From NCBI GenBank assembly GCA_963748285.1, contig CAVVIF010000009.1:52262-116261 (forward strand): a stretch of DNA of 64,000 bases. Direction: 5' to 3'. Shown here piece after piece: positions 55,955 to 64,000 of this stretch. The stretch is from an uncultured Microthrixaceae bacterium (GTDB lineage: Bacteria > Actinomycetota > Acidimicrobiia > Acidimicrobiales > DATDAH01). Each line of letters starts with the position of its first letter. The stretch's first letter is position 1. The translations under genes were made by a program, and so were the position numbers. The notes beneath the pieces are model-generated. The model searched no databases and was not told the DNA's origin. It worked only from the letters and a program-made list of their open reading frames with translations.

Positions 55955-56523
55955 CCTTCCACTCCGATCCCGGCGGACTGGAGCCCACCGCGAAGCCGTT
56001 GCAGACCCGTGCGGATCCGACTCTTCACCGTTCCTTCGGGCTGGTCCAGCATCTCGGCGACCTCTCGATAGGTGTAGCCGCCGAAGTAGGCCAACACGAT
56101 CGGTGAACGCTCTTCGTCCTTCAGGGCCGCCAGGGCGGTGGAGACGGCCTCGGACACGGTGAGGTCCCAGACCTGCCGTTCGAGGTCGTAGCCCGCGTCC
56201 GCCGTGCGCTTGGCGTCGCGCTCCTCACGCTGCTTGCGGGCCCCTTCGGAGCGCAGCATGTCGACCGAGCGGCTGTGGGCCCGGGTCAGGAGGTAGCTGC
56301 GCAGGGTCCCCCGCTCGGGGTCGAACTTGTCGGGGTCGTTCCAGAGGTGCAGGAACACCTCCTGGACGATCTCCTCGGCCAGGTTGCCGCTGCCCAGGAG
56401 GCGGCGGGCCAGCGCGGTGACCGACCCCGCGTGCCGGCGGTAGGCCTCGGCCAGCGCGTCCTGGCGGTAGCGGCCCACCGCCACGACCAGCGCGGCGTCA
56501 CTCAGCTCCTGGAGGCCCTTCAT
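55951..56523 (-). CDS. ECF-type RNA polymerase sigma factor; intact
   Basis: 190 aa. Region 2 is AEEIVQEVFLHLWNDPDKFDPERGTLRSYL. Region 4 is FGGYTYREVAEMLDQPEGTVKSRIRTGLQRL. The stop overlaps the anti-sigma start. Confidence 0.9.
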   Translation of the reverse strand: MKGLQELSDAALVVAVGRYRQDALAEAYRRHAGSVTALARRLLGSGNLAEEIVQEVFLHLWNDPDKFDPERGTLRSYLLTRAHSRSVDMLRSEGARKQREERDAKRTADAGYDLERQVWDLTVSEAVSTALAALKDEERSPIVLAYFGGYTYREVAEMLDQPEGTVKSRIRTGLQRLRGGLQSAGIGVEG

Positions 56524-56584
56524 CGGGCACTGTCCTGCGTCATCACTCCCAGTACGGAGCCGCTCCCCGTCCTGGATGCCACAT

Positions 56585-56643
56585 CCCGTTCTGGTGGGGC
56601 CAGTTCGCGGCCCAGCGCGACATGGCCCCACCAGAACGACGGG
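56585..56643. repeat. Palindromic element copy B: CCCGTTCTGGTGGGGCC / GGCCCCACCAGAACG(AC)GGG
   Basis: Read directly: left arm 56585-56601, right arm 56624-56638, then a 2-nt bulge and GGG. It lies between the MutY-like stop and the ECF sigma start. It shares the outer CCCGTTCTGG...CCAGAACGGG motif and CCAC/GTGG flanks with copy A. Confidence 0.8.
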
Positions 56644-56650
56644 TACGGCG

Positions 56651-57510
56651 TCACGGGAGGGTGAGGGTGTCGCCGTCGAGGACGGCCAGACCGTCGGCGA
56701 CGAGGGTGTCGGCCACCCGAGCGGCCCGTTGCGGATCGTCCGGCCAGCCCGCGGCACGGGCCAGGTCGAGGACCGGGCCCCGGCGGAGGGCGTCGACCAG
56801 CCGACCGCGGCCCTGACGGTCCGACCCCTCGAAGCGGGACTGGCCGCCGGACACCCCCGCGGAGCCGATCGCCGGGTCCGGCACCGGACCACCCCGCCAG
56901 GCACAGGTCGGCGCGACCGGGCACTCGCCGCAGCGGGCGTCCCGGGCCCGACAGACCCCCGCGCCGAGGTCGAGCACCGCCTGGTTCCACGCCCAGCCCC
57001 GGCCGGCGGGGACCAGGGCGTCGGCCGCCGGCCTGCGCCTCGGCGGGCCGCAGCGGGCGACCGGCCTGACGGGCCAGGACCCGGGCCACGTTCGTGTCGA
57101 CCACGGCCACGTCCCGCTCCCCGGCGAACGCCAGCACGGCCCGGGCCGTGTACGGGCCGATCCCGGGGAGGGCCAGCGAGCGCCGCCAGGTCGAGGGGCA
57201 GACCGGCCCCCGTGGTCCTCGACCACGGTCACTGCGCAGCGGTGCAGGGCGACCCCCCGCCGGTTGTAGCCGAGACCGGCCCAGGCCTCGATGACGGCGC
57301 CGACCGGGCGCCGCCGCGCAGGTCGCCGGGTCCGGGAACCGGTCGAGGAAGGCGTGCCACTTGGGGATGACCCGCTCGACCTGGGTCTGCTGGAGCATCA
57401 CCTCCGAGACCAGCACCGCCCAGGGGTCCCGCGTCCGTCGCCAGGGCAGGTCCCGTTGCTCGGTCGCCCACCAAGCGAGGACGGCCCGTCGGGCTCAGGC
57501 CCTCCGGCAC
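56651..57510 (-). CDS. HhH-GPD base-excision glycosylase with a [4Fe-4S] loop (MutY/Nth-like); several frame changes; start uncertain
   Basis: RDPWAVLVSEVMLQQTQVERV, LPGIGPYTARAVLAFAGERDVAVVDTNVARVL, and CRARDARCGECPVAPTC (C-x6-C-x2-C-x5-C). Confidence 0.75.
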
Positions 57511-58265
57511 CAGCCCACCACGGTGGCGTGGGGGAACGGGAAGCGCTCGCGGCCACGGGTGGCCGGATGGTCGGGCCAGCAGCGGCCGGACCTGGTCGAG
57601 CACGGCCTCCCGGCGGTCGTCGGGCAGCGCCGAGATCCAACTGGTCGAGGCCGTCCGGCCGACGACGGTCTCGACCGTGGCGTCCTGCCAGTTGGGGAAC
57701 CAGTCCTCGGTGTACGGGCCGTAGCCGCCGTCGGCGCCGACGACGGCCGTCCCAGTCCACGTCCTGGTGGTGGTCGTAGGGCGGACCGCCGTCGGCGTCG
57801 TCCTTGATCTCGCCCAGCGCCTTGCACCCAGCCCACGGTCTCGTCCCGGACGTTCCAGATCAGGGCCAGCCCGCCGCCGGGCCGCAGCACCCGTCGGATC
57901 TCGGCCAGGGCCGCCGGCGCGTCGAACCAGTGGAAGGCCTGGGCCACCGTGACCAGGTCGACGCTGGCGTCCTCGAGGGGCAGGGCCTCCGCCGTGCCGT
58001 CCCGGACCTCGATGCCGGCCACGTCCCGCAGCAGGCGCTCCCGCATGGCGACGACGGGCTCCACGGCCACGACGCGGGCGCCCCGGGCCACCAGGTCCAC
58101 GGTCAGCTTGCCGGTGCCGGCCGCGAGGTCCAGCACGTCGGCCCCCGGCCCCAGCCCGAGGTCGGCGGCCAACAGGTCGACGACGCCGGCCGGGTAGCCG
58201 GGGCGGGCGGCGACGTAGTCGTCCGCCCCCCGCTCGAACCCCACGGCTGCGGCCTCGTGGATCAT
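57495..58265 (-). CDS. Class I SAM-dependent methyltransferase; several frame changes in the 3' half
   Basis: VLDLAAGTGKLTVDLVARGARVVAVEP (motif I). LVTVAQAFHWFD...LRPGGGLALIWN. Confidence 0.75.
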   Translation of the reverse strand: MIHEAAAVGFERGADDYVAARPGYPAGVVDLLAADLGLGPGADVLDLAAGTGKLTVDLVARGARVVAVEPVVAMRERLLRDVAGIEVRDGTAEALPLEDASVDLVTVAQAFHWFDAPAALAEIRRVLRPGGGLALIWNVRDETVGWVQGAGRDQGRRRRRSALRPPPGRGLGRPSSAPTAATARTPRTGSPTGRTPRSRPSSAGRPRPVGSRRCPTTAGRPCSTRSGRCWPDHPATRGRERFPFPHATVVGWCRRA

Positions 58266-58272
58266 GGTGGCG

Positions 58273-58789
58273 TCACTCCCAGATCGCGGCCTCGTCGTAG
58301 GGACGGCGGCGCTCGGGGCCCGACGCCTTCTTCCAGACCATGACCTGCGCGCTTGAAGTAGCAGACCTCTTCACCGTGCTGGTTGAGGCCCTTGGTCTCG
58401 ACGGTGACCACGCCCCGGTCGGGCTTGGAGGCCGACTCCCGCACGTCCAGCACCCGGGTCTCGGCGTAGATGGTGTCGCCGTGGAACGTGGGCTTCTTGT
58501 GGGTCAGCTGCTCGACGGCGAGGTTGGCGATGGCGGCACCGGACACGTCGGGCACGCTCATGCCGAGCACCAGGGAGTACACGAGGTTGCCCACCACCAC
58601 GTTCTTGCCGTGCACGGTCTCGTGCTCGGCGAACCACTCGTTGGTGTGCAGCGGGTGGTGGTTCATGGTGATCATGCAGAACAGGTGGTCGTCGTACTCG
58701 GTGATGGTCTTGCCCGGCCAGTGCTTGTAGATGTCGCCGACCTCGAAGTCCTCGAGGTAGCGGCCGAAGGGTCGGTCGTGGGTCGTCAC
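58273..58789 (-). CDS. MaoC-like (R)-hydratase, hotdog fold; frame change near 58330
   Basis: GTG at 58789. FEVGDIYKHWPGKTITEYDDHLFCMITMNHHPLHTNEWFA...KKPTFHGDTIYAETRVLDVRES. The tail VMVWKKASGPERRRPYDEAAIWE ends at 58273. Confidence 0.8.
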
Positions 58790-58836
58790 GGTCCGGATGG
58801 TACGGCGCAGGACCGCCTCGGTACCGTTCCCGGCCC

Positions 58837-60451
58837 ATGAGCACGGGAGATCTGACCGCCGCCGCCGCCGCCATCGACCTCGCCGGCGGCGTGGTCGAGC
58901 GGGCCATCGCCCGGCTGGCCGCCGAGGGCGGCGTGGACGCCAACCAGGTGATCGCCTACGACCTGGCCCACGCGGCGGCCGTGGTCGAGACCGGCCGGGC
59001 GCTCCTGGACTACGGCGGCAAGGGCGAGACCGAGGCCGCGCATCACCTGCGCCTACATCGCCGACGGCGTCGCCGACCTCGCCGGGCAAGCTCTACGGCC
59101 GGGAGGCCGAGTGGGGCGTCGAGCCCGGCGCCCTCGACGGCGCCCGGGAGTTCGTCGCCGCCCACCGGGATCCCGGCGTTCCTGGCCTCCCTGGCCGAGC
59201 ACGCCCGGCCCGCTCCACCTCGACGACGAGTTCGAGCTGGTGCAGGGACACCTTCCGCCGCTTCGCCGAGGACAAGATCCGCCCCGTCGCCGAGCACATC
59301 CACCGCACCAACGGCGACATCCCCGAGGACATCATCGAGGGCATGGCCGAGCTGGGCGGCCTTCGGCCTCTCGGTGCCCGAGGAGTACGGCGGCTTCGCC
59401 GCCGGCGGCGAGAGCGACTACCTGGCCATGGTCGTGGCCACCGAGGAGCTGTCCCGCGGCTCCCTCGGCTGCGGCGGCTCGCTGATCACCCGGCCCGAGA
59501 TCCTGTCCCGGGCCCTGGTCACGGGCGGGACCGAGGAGCAGAAGCACGAATGGCTGCCGAAGCTGGCCTCGGGCGAGGTCATGGCCGCCGTGGCCGTCAC
59601 CGAGCCCGACTTCGGCTCCGACGTGGCCGGCATCAAGGTCACCGCCACCCCGACCGACGGCGGCTGGCTGATCAACGGCGTCAAGACCTGGTGCACCTTC
59701 GGCGCCCGGGCCGACGTCCTGATGCTGCTGGCCCGCACCGACCCCGACCGGTCCAAGACCCACAAGGGCCTGTCCATGTTCGTCGTCCCCAAGCCCCGGG
59801 GCGACGGCCACGGCTTCGAGCTGAGCCAGGCCGCCGGCGATCACGGGGGCGCGCCCGGCGGCGGGAAGATGGAGGGGCGGCCCGATCGACACCATCGGCT
59901 ACCGGGGCATGCACTCCTACGAGATCGCCCTCGACGACTGGTTCGTCGCCGCCGAGAACCAGGTGGGCGGCGAGGACGGGCTGGGCCGGGGCTTCTACTT
60001 CCAGATGGAGGGCTTCGAGAACGGGCGCCTGCAGACCGCGGCCCGCGCCGTCGGGGTCATGCAGGCCGCCTACGAGGAGGCCCGCCAGTACGCCCAGGAC
60101 CGGGTGGTGTTCGGCCAGCCGGTCGCCGAGTACCAGCTGACCCAGGCCAAGCTCGGCCGCATGGCCTTCACCATCCAGGCCGCCCGCCAGTTCAGCTACG
60201 TGGTCGCCCGCCTGATGGCCAAGGGCGAGGGCACCCTCGAGGCCTCCATGGTCAAGGCCTACGTCTGCAAGGCCGCCGAGTGGGTGACCCGGGAGGCCAT
60301 GCAGATCCACGGCGGGTTCGGCTACGCCGAGGAGTACCCGGTCAGCCGCTACTTCGTGGACGCCCGGGTGCTGTCGATCTTCGAGGGGGCCGACGAGATC
60401 CTCTGCCTCCGGGTCATCGCCCGCCGGCTGGTCGAGGCCGCCGACACCTGA
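58837..60451 (+). CDS. Acyl-CoA dehydrogenase with an extended N-terminal domain; several frame changes
   Basis: GLSVPEEYGG, AVAVTEPDFGSDVAGIKVTA...GWLINGVKTWCT, and QIHGGFGYAEEYPVSRYFVDARVLSIFEGADEI. Confidence 0.8.
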
Positions 60452-60482
60452 GCGGAGGCCGCGACCTGACACGATCGGGGGC

Positions 60483-62576
60483 GTGACCGGGGGCAGAGCC
60501 GAGCTGCGACGCGGCGCGGAGCTGCTGGCCCTCACGGGGCTGGCGATCACCCAACCGGTGCTCGACGTGCTGGGCTCGACCCCGGAGACGTTCGTGTTCC
60601 GGGGGGTGGACAGGCGCCCAGATCGTCCTCTTCGCCCTCGGCGTCGCCCTGGTCCCGGCTGCCGTCCTGTGGGCTGGCGGGCTTCGCCACGACCCTGTTC
60701 GGGCCACGGGTCCGCCTCGGCGTGCACGTGGTGACGGTCGGCGACGCTGGCGGGCATCGCCGTGCTCGTCGCCGTCCGCCTGGCCGACCTCGCCCAGCGG
60801 CGGTCCGGCCCTCCTGATCGCCGTCGCCGCCGGGGTCGGCGGCGGCTGTGCTGTACCTGCGGGTCAGCCAGGTCCGGCTGTTCCTGCTCTACCTCTCGCC
60901 CCTCCCGCTGCTGGCCGTCGGGATCTTCTGCTTCTCGTCCTCGGTGTCGGGCCTGGTCACGGGCAACGACGCCGAGGTGGTCGAGGCCGTCGACAGCACC
61001 CGGCCGGTGGTGATGATGGTCCTCGACGAGTTCCCCACCGCCGCGATGCTCGACGACCGCGGTGAGGTCGACGCCGGCCAGTTCCCGAACCTGGCCCGGC
61101 TGGCCGACGGCGTCGACCTGGTTCCGCAACTACACGACCCACAACGCCGGGACCGTCCAGGCCGTGCCGTCGCTCCTGTCGGGCACGCTGCCGACACGGG
61201 GCCGGGCCCCGCTGGTGACCGACTGGCCGAACAACCTGTTCACCCTCCTCGGGGGGACCTACGACATGGCCGTCCAGGAGGCGGTGACCCAGCTGTGCCC
61301 ACCGGACGTGTGTGAGACCGGGCCCGGACGGTGACCCAGCGGACGCCGCTCGCACGAGGCAGGGCTCGCGGGGCGTCCTCGAGGACAGCCACCGACGTCC
61401 TGCGCCAACTGGTCTCGCTCAACGCCGAGCCCGAGGTCCAGGTCGACGCAGTTCGCCGAGGAGGTCGCTCTCGGTCGCGGCGCCCGAGGAGATGGCCGTC
61501 GAGGACCGCGGGCCAGGTGGCCAACCAGCCCGCCCGCTTCACCGACTTCCTCGAGGGCATGGTGCCCGGCCGAGGAGCCGACGCTGCACTTCGTGCACCT
61601 GATCCTGCCCCACGGTCCGTGGCGGTTCTTCCCCGACGGGACCGAGTACGAGTCCCCCGACGGCGATCCCGAGGGCGAGATCGCCGGCGTGTGGGGCGAC
61701 GCCTGGCCGGCCGAGATGACCCGGTTCCGGCTCGAGCTCCAGGCCCAGTACACCGACGCCCTGGTGGGCCAGACCATCGACCGGATGCAGGAGAGCGGCC
61801 TCTGGGACGAGGCCCTGTTCGTGCGTGGTGGCCGACCACGGTGGGGCCTTCTTCGTCGACCAGCCCGGCCGGGCCCTCTCGGACGACCAACGCCCACGAG
61901 GTCATGTGGACCCCGCTGTTCATCCGGGACCCGGCGCTGGCGCCCGGGCATCGACGACACCGACGTCGAGGCCACCGACCTGCTGCCCACGATGGCCGAC
62001 CTGCTCGGCATCGAGCTGCCCTACGACGTCGACGGGGCGTCGGCCGTGTCCGAGCCCGACACCTCGGGCACGAAGCGGTACCAGCGCCTCCAGAACCCGT
62101 TCCAGCCCGAGCCCGACGCCCTCCTGAGCATCGACACCGAGGCCGAACTACGCCGCCTGCTCGACGACCGAGTGGCCGGCGGTGGACCTGCGAGGACCCC
62201 GTCGGCGCCTTCTACCGGCGCTACCCACTCGGCGCGCTGTACGGCACGGCGGTGGCCGACCTCGACGTCGCCGGGCCGGCGGGCACGGCCGACCTGGACC
62301 AGCTCGACGCCGTCCGCGACGGAGGCGACGGCCCGCAGCCCGCCTACCTCGGCGGCCAGGTCGACGTCGACGGCGTGGACGCCGAGGACGCCTGGGTCGT
62401 GGCCGCCGTGGACGGCGTCGTCCAGGGCTTCTCCCAGCTCTTCCCGATGGTCGACACCGACTCCGCCTTCAGCATCCTGCTCGGCCCAGGACGTCGTCGG
62501 CGGCGGGCGGCCACGAGATCGACCTCTACGTGACGGACGGCCCCACCGGCCCCTCCGCCCCCTCGACCTCCCGTGA
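60483..62576 (+). CDS. Membrane-anchored sulfatase/alkaline-phosphatase-superfamily protein (LTA-synthase / phosphotransferase-like); many frame changes
   Basis: N-terminal TM segments, then VVMMVLDEFPTAAMLD, FPNLARLADG..WFRNYTTHNAGTVQAVPSLLSGTLP, HFVHLILPHGPW, and VVADHGGAF. It ends ...LDLP with TGA at 62574-62576 (GTGA overlap). Confidence 0.6.
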
Positions 62577-64000
62577 CCGCCGGCCACTTCCCGGCCGGGG
62601 AGGACCCGGCGGCCTACGAGCCGCTGGCCCGGCGGAGCCTGCCCGCGGCGTGGGCCGAGCGGTGGGCGGCCGCACCGGACGGCGCCGTCGTCGCACGAGG
62701 TCGGTGGGGCCTGGATCACCGCGGCCGAGCTGGAGGAGCGGACCCGACGGGTGGCGGGGCGGTTCGCCGGGGCCGGCCTGGTGCCCGGGCGACCGGGTGC
62801 TGTTCAGCACGGCGCCCTCGATCGACCTCGTCGTGGCCCACGTGGCCGCCTACCGGGCCGGGTCTCGTCGTGGTGCCGACCAACACCGCCTACACCGAGC
62901 GGGAGGTGGCCCACGTCGTCCACGACGCGGGCGTCCGGGCCGCCGTGGTCGACGACGCCGACCGGGGCCGATGGGTGCGGCGCCGCCGGGGGTCCCGACG
63001 TCGTGGTCGTCGGCCCCGAGGTCGACCTGCCCGACGCTCCCCCGCCGTCGCTCGACACCGTCGGACCCGACGACCTCGCCCACCTCGGCTACACGTCGGG
63101 CACGACCGGGGCGCCCAAGGGCGCCGCGCTGACCCACGGCAACCTGCTGGCCAACAGCGAGGCGCTGGAGCGGGCCTGGCGGTGGACGGCCGAGGACCGC
63201 CTCGTCCTCGCCCTCCCGCTGTTCCACGCCCACGGCCTCTGCAACGGCCTGCACGGGACGCTGCTGGCCGGCGCATCGGCCGTCCTGCTCCCGGGGTTCG
63301 ACCGTCGACGGCGTGCTCGACGCCGCCGCGGAGCACGACGCCACGCTGTTCTTCGGCGTGCCCACCATGTACCACCGCCTGGCCGCCTCGTCCCGGGCGG
63401 CCGAGCTCGGGCCGGCTGCGGCTCTGCGTGTCGGGCTCGGCCGCCCTGCCCGCCGAGCTCCACCGAGGCGCTGCAGGCCGACGCCGGCGTGGCGGTGCTC
63501 GAGCGCTACGGCATGACCGAGACCAACATGCTCGTGTCCAACCCCTACGACGGCGAGCGCCGGGCGGGCACCGTCGGCCTCCCGCTTCCCGGGGTCGAGG
63601 TGCGCCTGGCCGAGGCCACCGGCGAGATCGAGGTCCGGGGCCCGAACGTCTTCGGCGGCTACTGGGCAGCGGCCCGAGGCGACGGCGGAGGCGTTCACGA
63701 CCGACGGCTGGTTCCGCACCGGCGACCTCGGCGACCACGACGAGGCCGGCTACCTGCGCATCCTCGGCCGAGCGAAGGAGCTGATCATCACCGGGCGGCT
63801 ACAACGTCTACCCCCGCGAGGTGGAGGACGTCCTCTGCGCCCACCCCGCTGTCGCCGAGGCCGCCGTGGTCGGCGTCCCGTCCACGGAGTGGGGCGAGAC
63901 CGTCGTCGCCCACCTCGTCGGCAGCGGCGACACCGCCGCGGTGCAGGCCTGGGCCGAGTCCCAACTCGCCCCCTTCAAGTGCCCCCGTCCTACCGCTGGG
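62573..64000 (+). CDS. AMP-dependent acyl-CoA synthetase/ligase; frame changes; 3' end lies outside the window
   Basis: [45 protein letters not shown], and [13 protein letters not shown]. Confidence 0.8.

Overview
This is a 64-kb window from a high-G+C, actinobacterium-like chromosome. Single 60-nt lines I counted are about 72% G+C in the flanks.

Layout:
- (1) 1-4.2 kb: left part of an exopolysaccharide (EPS) locus, with a nucleotide-sugar dehydrogenase 3' end, a membrane protein, a GNAT, a CE4 deacetylase and a GT4.
- (2) 4.2-22.4 kb: a lower-G+C mosaic island (counted lines give 50-62%). It carries a methyltransferase and GT4s. It also has a putative ulosonic-acid cassette made of a cytidylyltransferase, a sialyltransferase-like protein, a HAD phosphatase and an HMGL-type aldolase fusion. 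There are four clear sulfotransferases plus one sulfotransferase-like P-loop protein, a kinase-fold protein and an ABC exporter. Decayed IS256-, IS3- and ISL3-family transposase remnants are also present.
- (3) 22.4-24.9 kb: sufC-sufS-sufU on the + strand.
- (4) 25-38.7 kb: the rest of the EPS locus. It holds GT4s, a NeuD/PglD-like acetyltransferase, a PglC-like priming sugar transferase, an LPXTG protein, a DUF4012-like protein and a Wzz-fused BY-kinase. It also holds a PqqD-thioredoxin-unknown-domain fusion, a Wzy-like membrane protein and a PglF/CapD-like dehydratase.
- (5) 38.9-41.2 kb: a TAT small subunit, a GMC oxidoreductase and a pterin dehydratase.
- (6) 41.2-45.6 kb, minus strand: sufB, a Cys-rich small ORF, sufD, a Rieske protein and a second divergent sufC.
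- (7) A PAS-GGDEF-EAL protein.
- (8) A heterodimeric ABC exporter pair.
- (9) A minus-strand string: ECF sigma, anti-sigma, lipoprotein, MBL hydrolase, flavin reductase and gamma-carbonic anhydrase. It is preceded by a MutY-like glycosylase, a methyltransferase and a MaoC protein.
- (10) An acyl-CoA dehydrogenase, a sulfatase-family membrane protein and an acyl-CoA synthetase that runs off the window.

I found no rRNA, tRNA or CRISPR array.

Major caveat: most genes longer than about 600 nt need one or more reading-frame changes to give a continuous homologous protein, and this includes essential sufS, sufD and sufB. I read this as indel error in the sequence, not as mass pseudogenisation. Feature coordinates therefore span the reconstructed gene rather than a single ORF-track entry.

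All family assignments come from motif recognition by eye. No searches were run.
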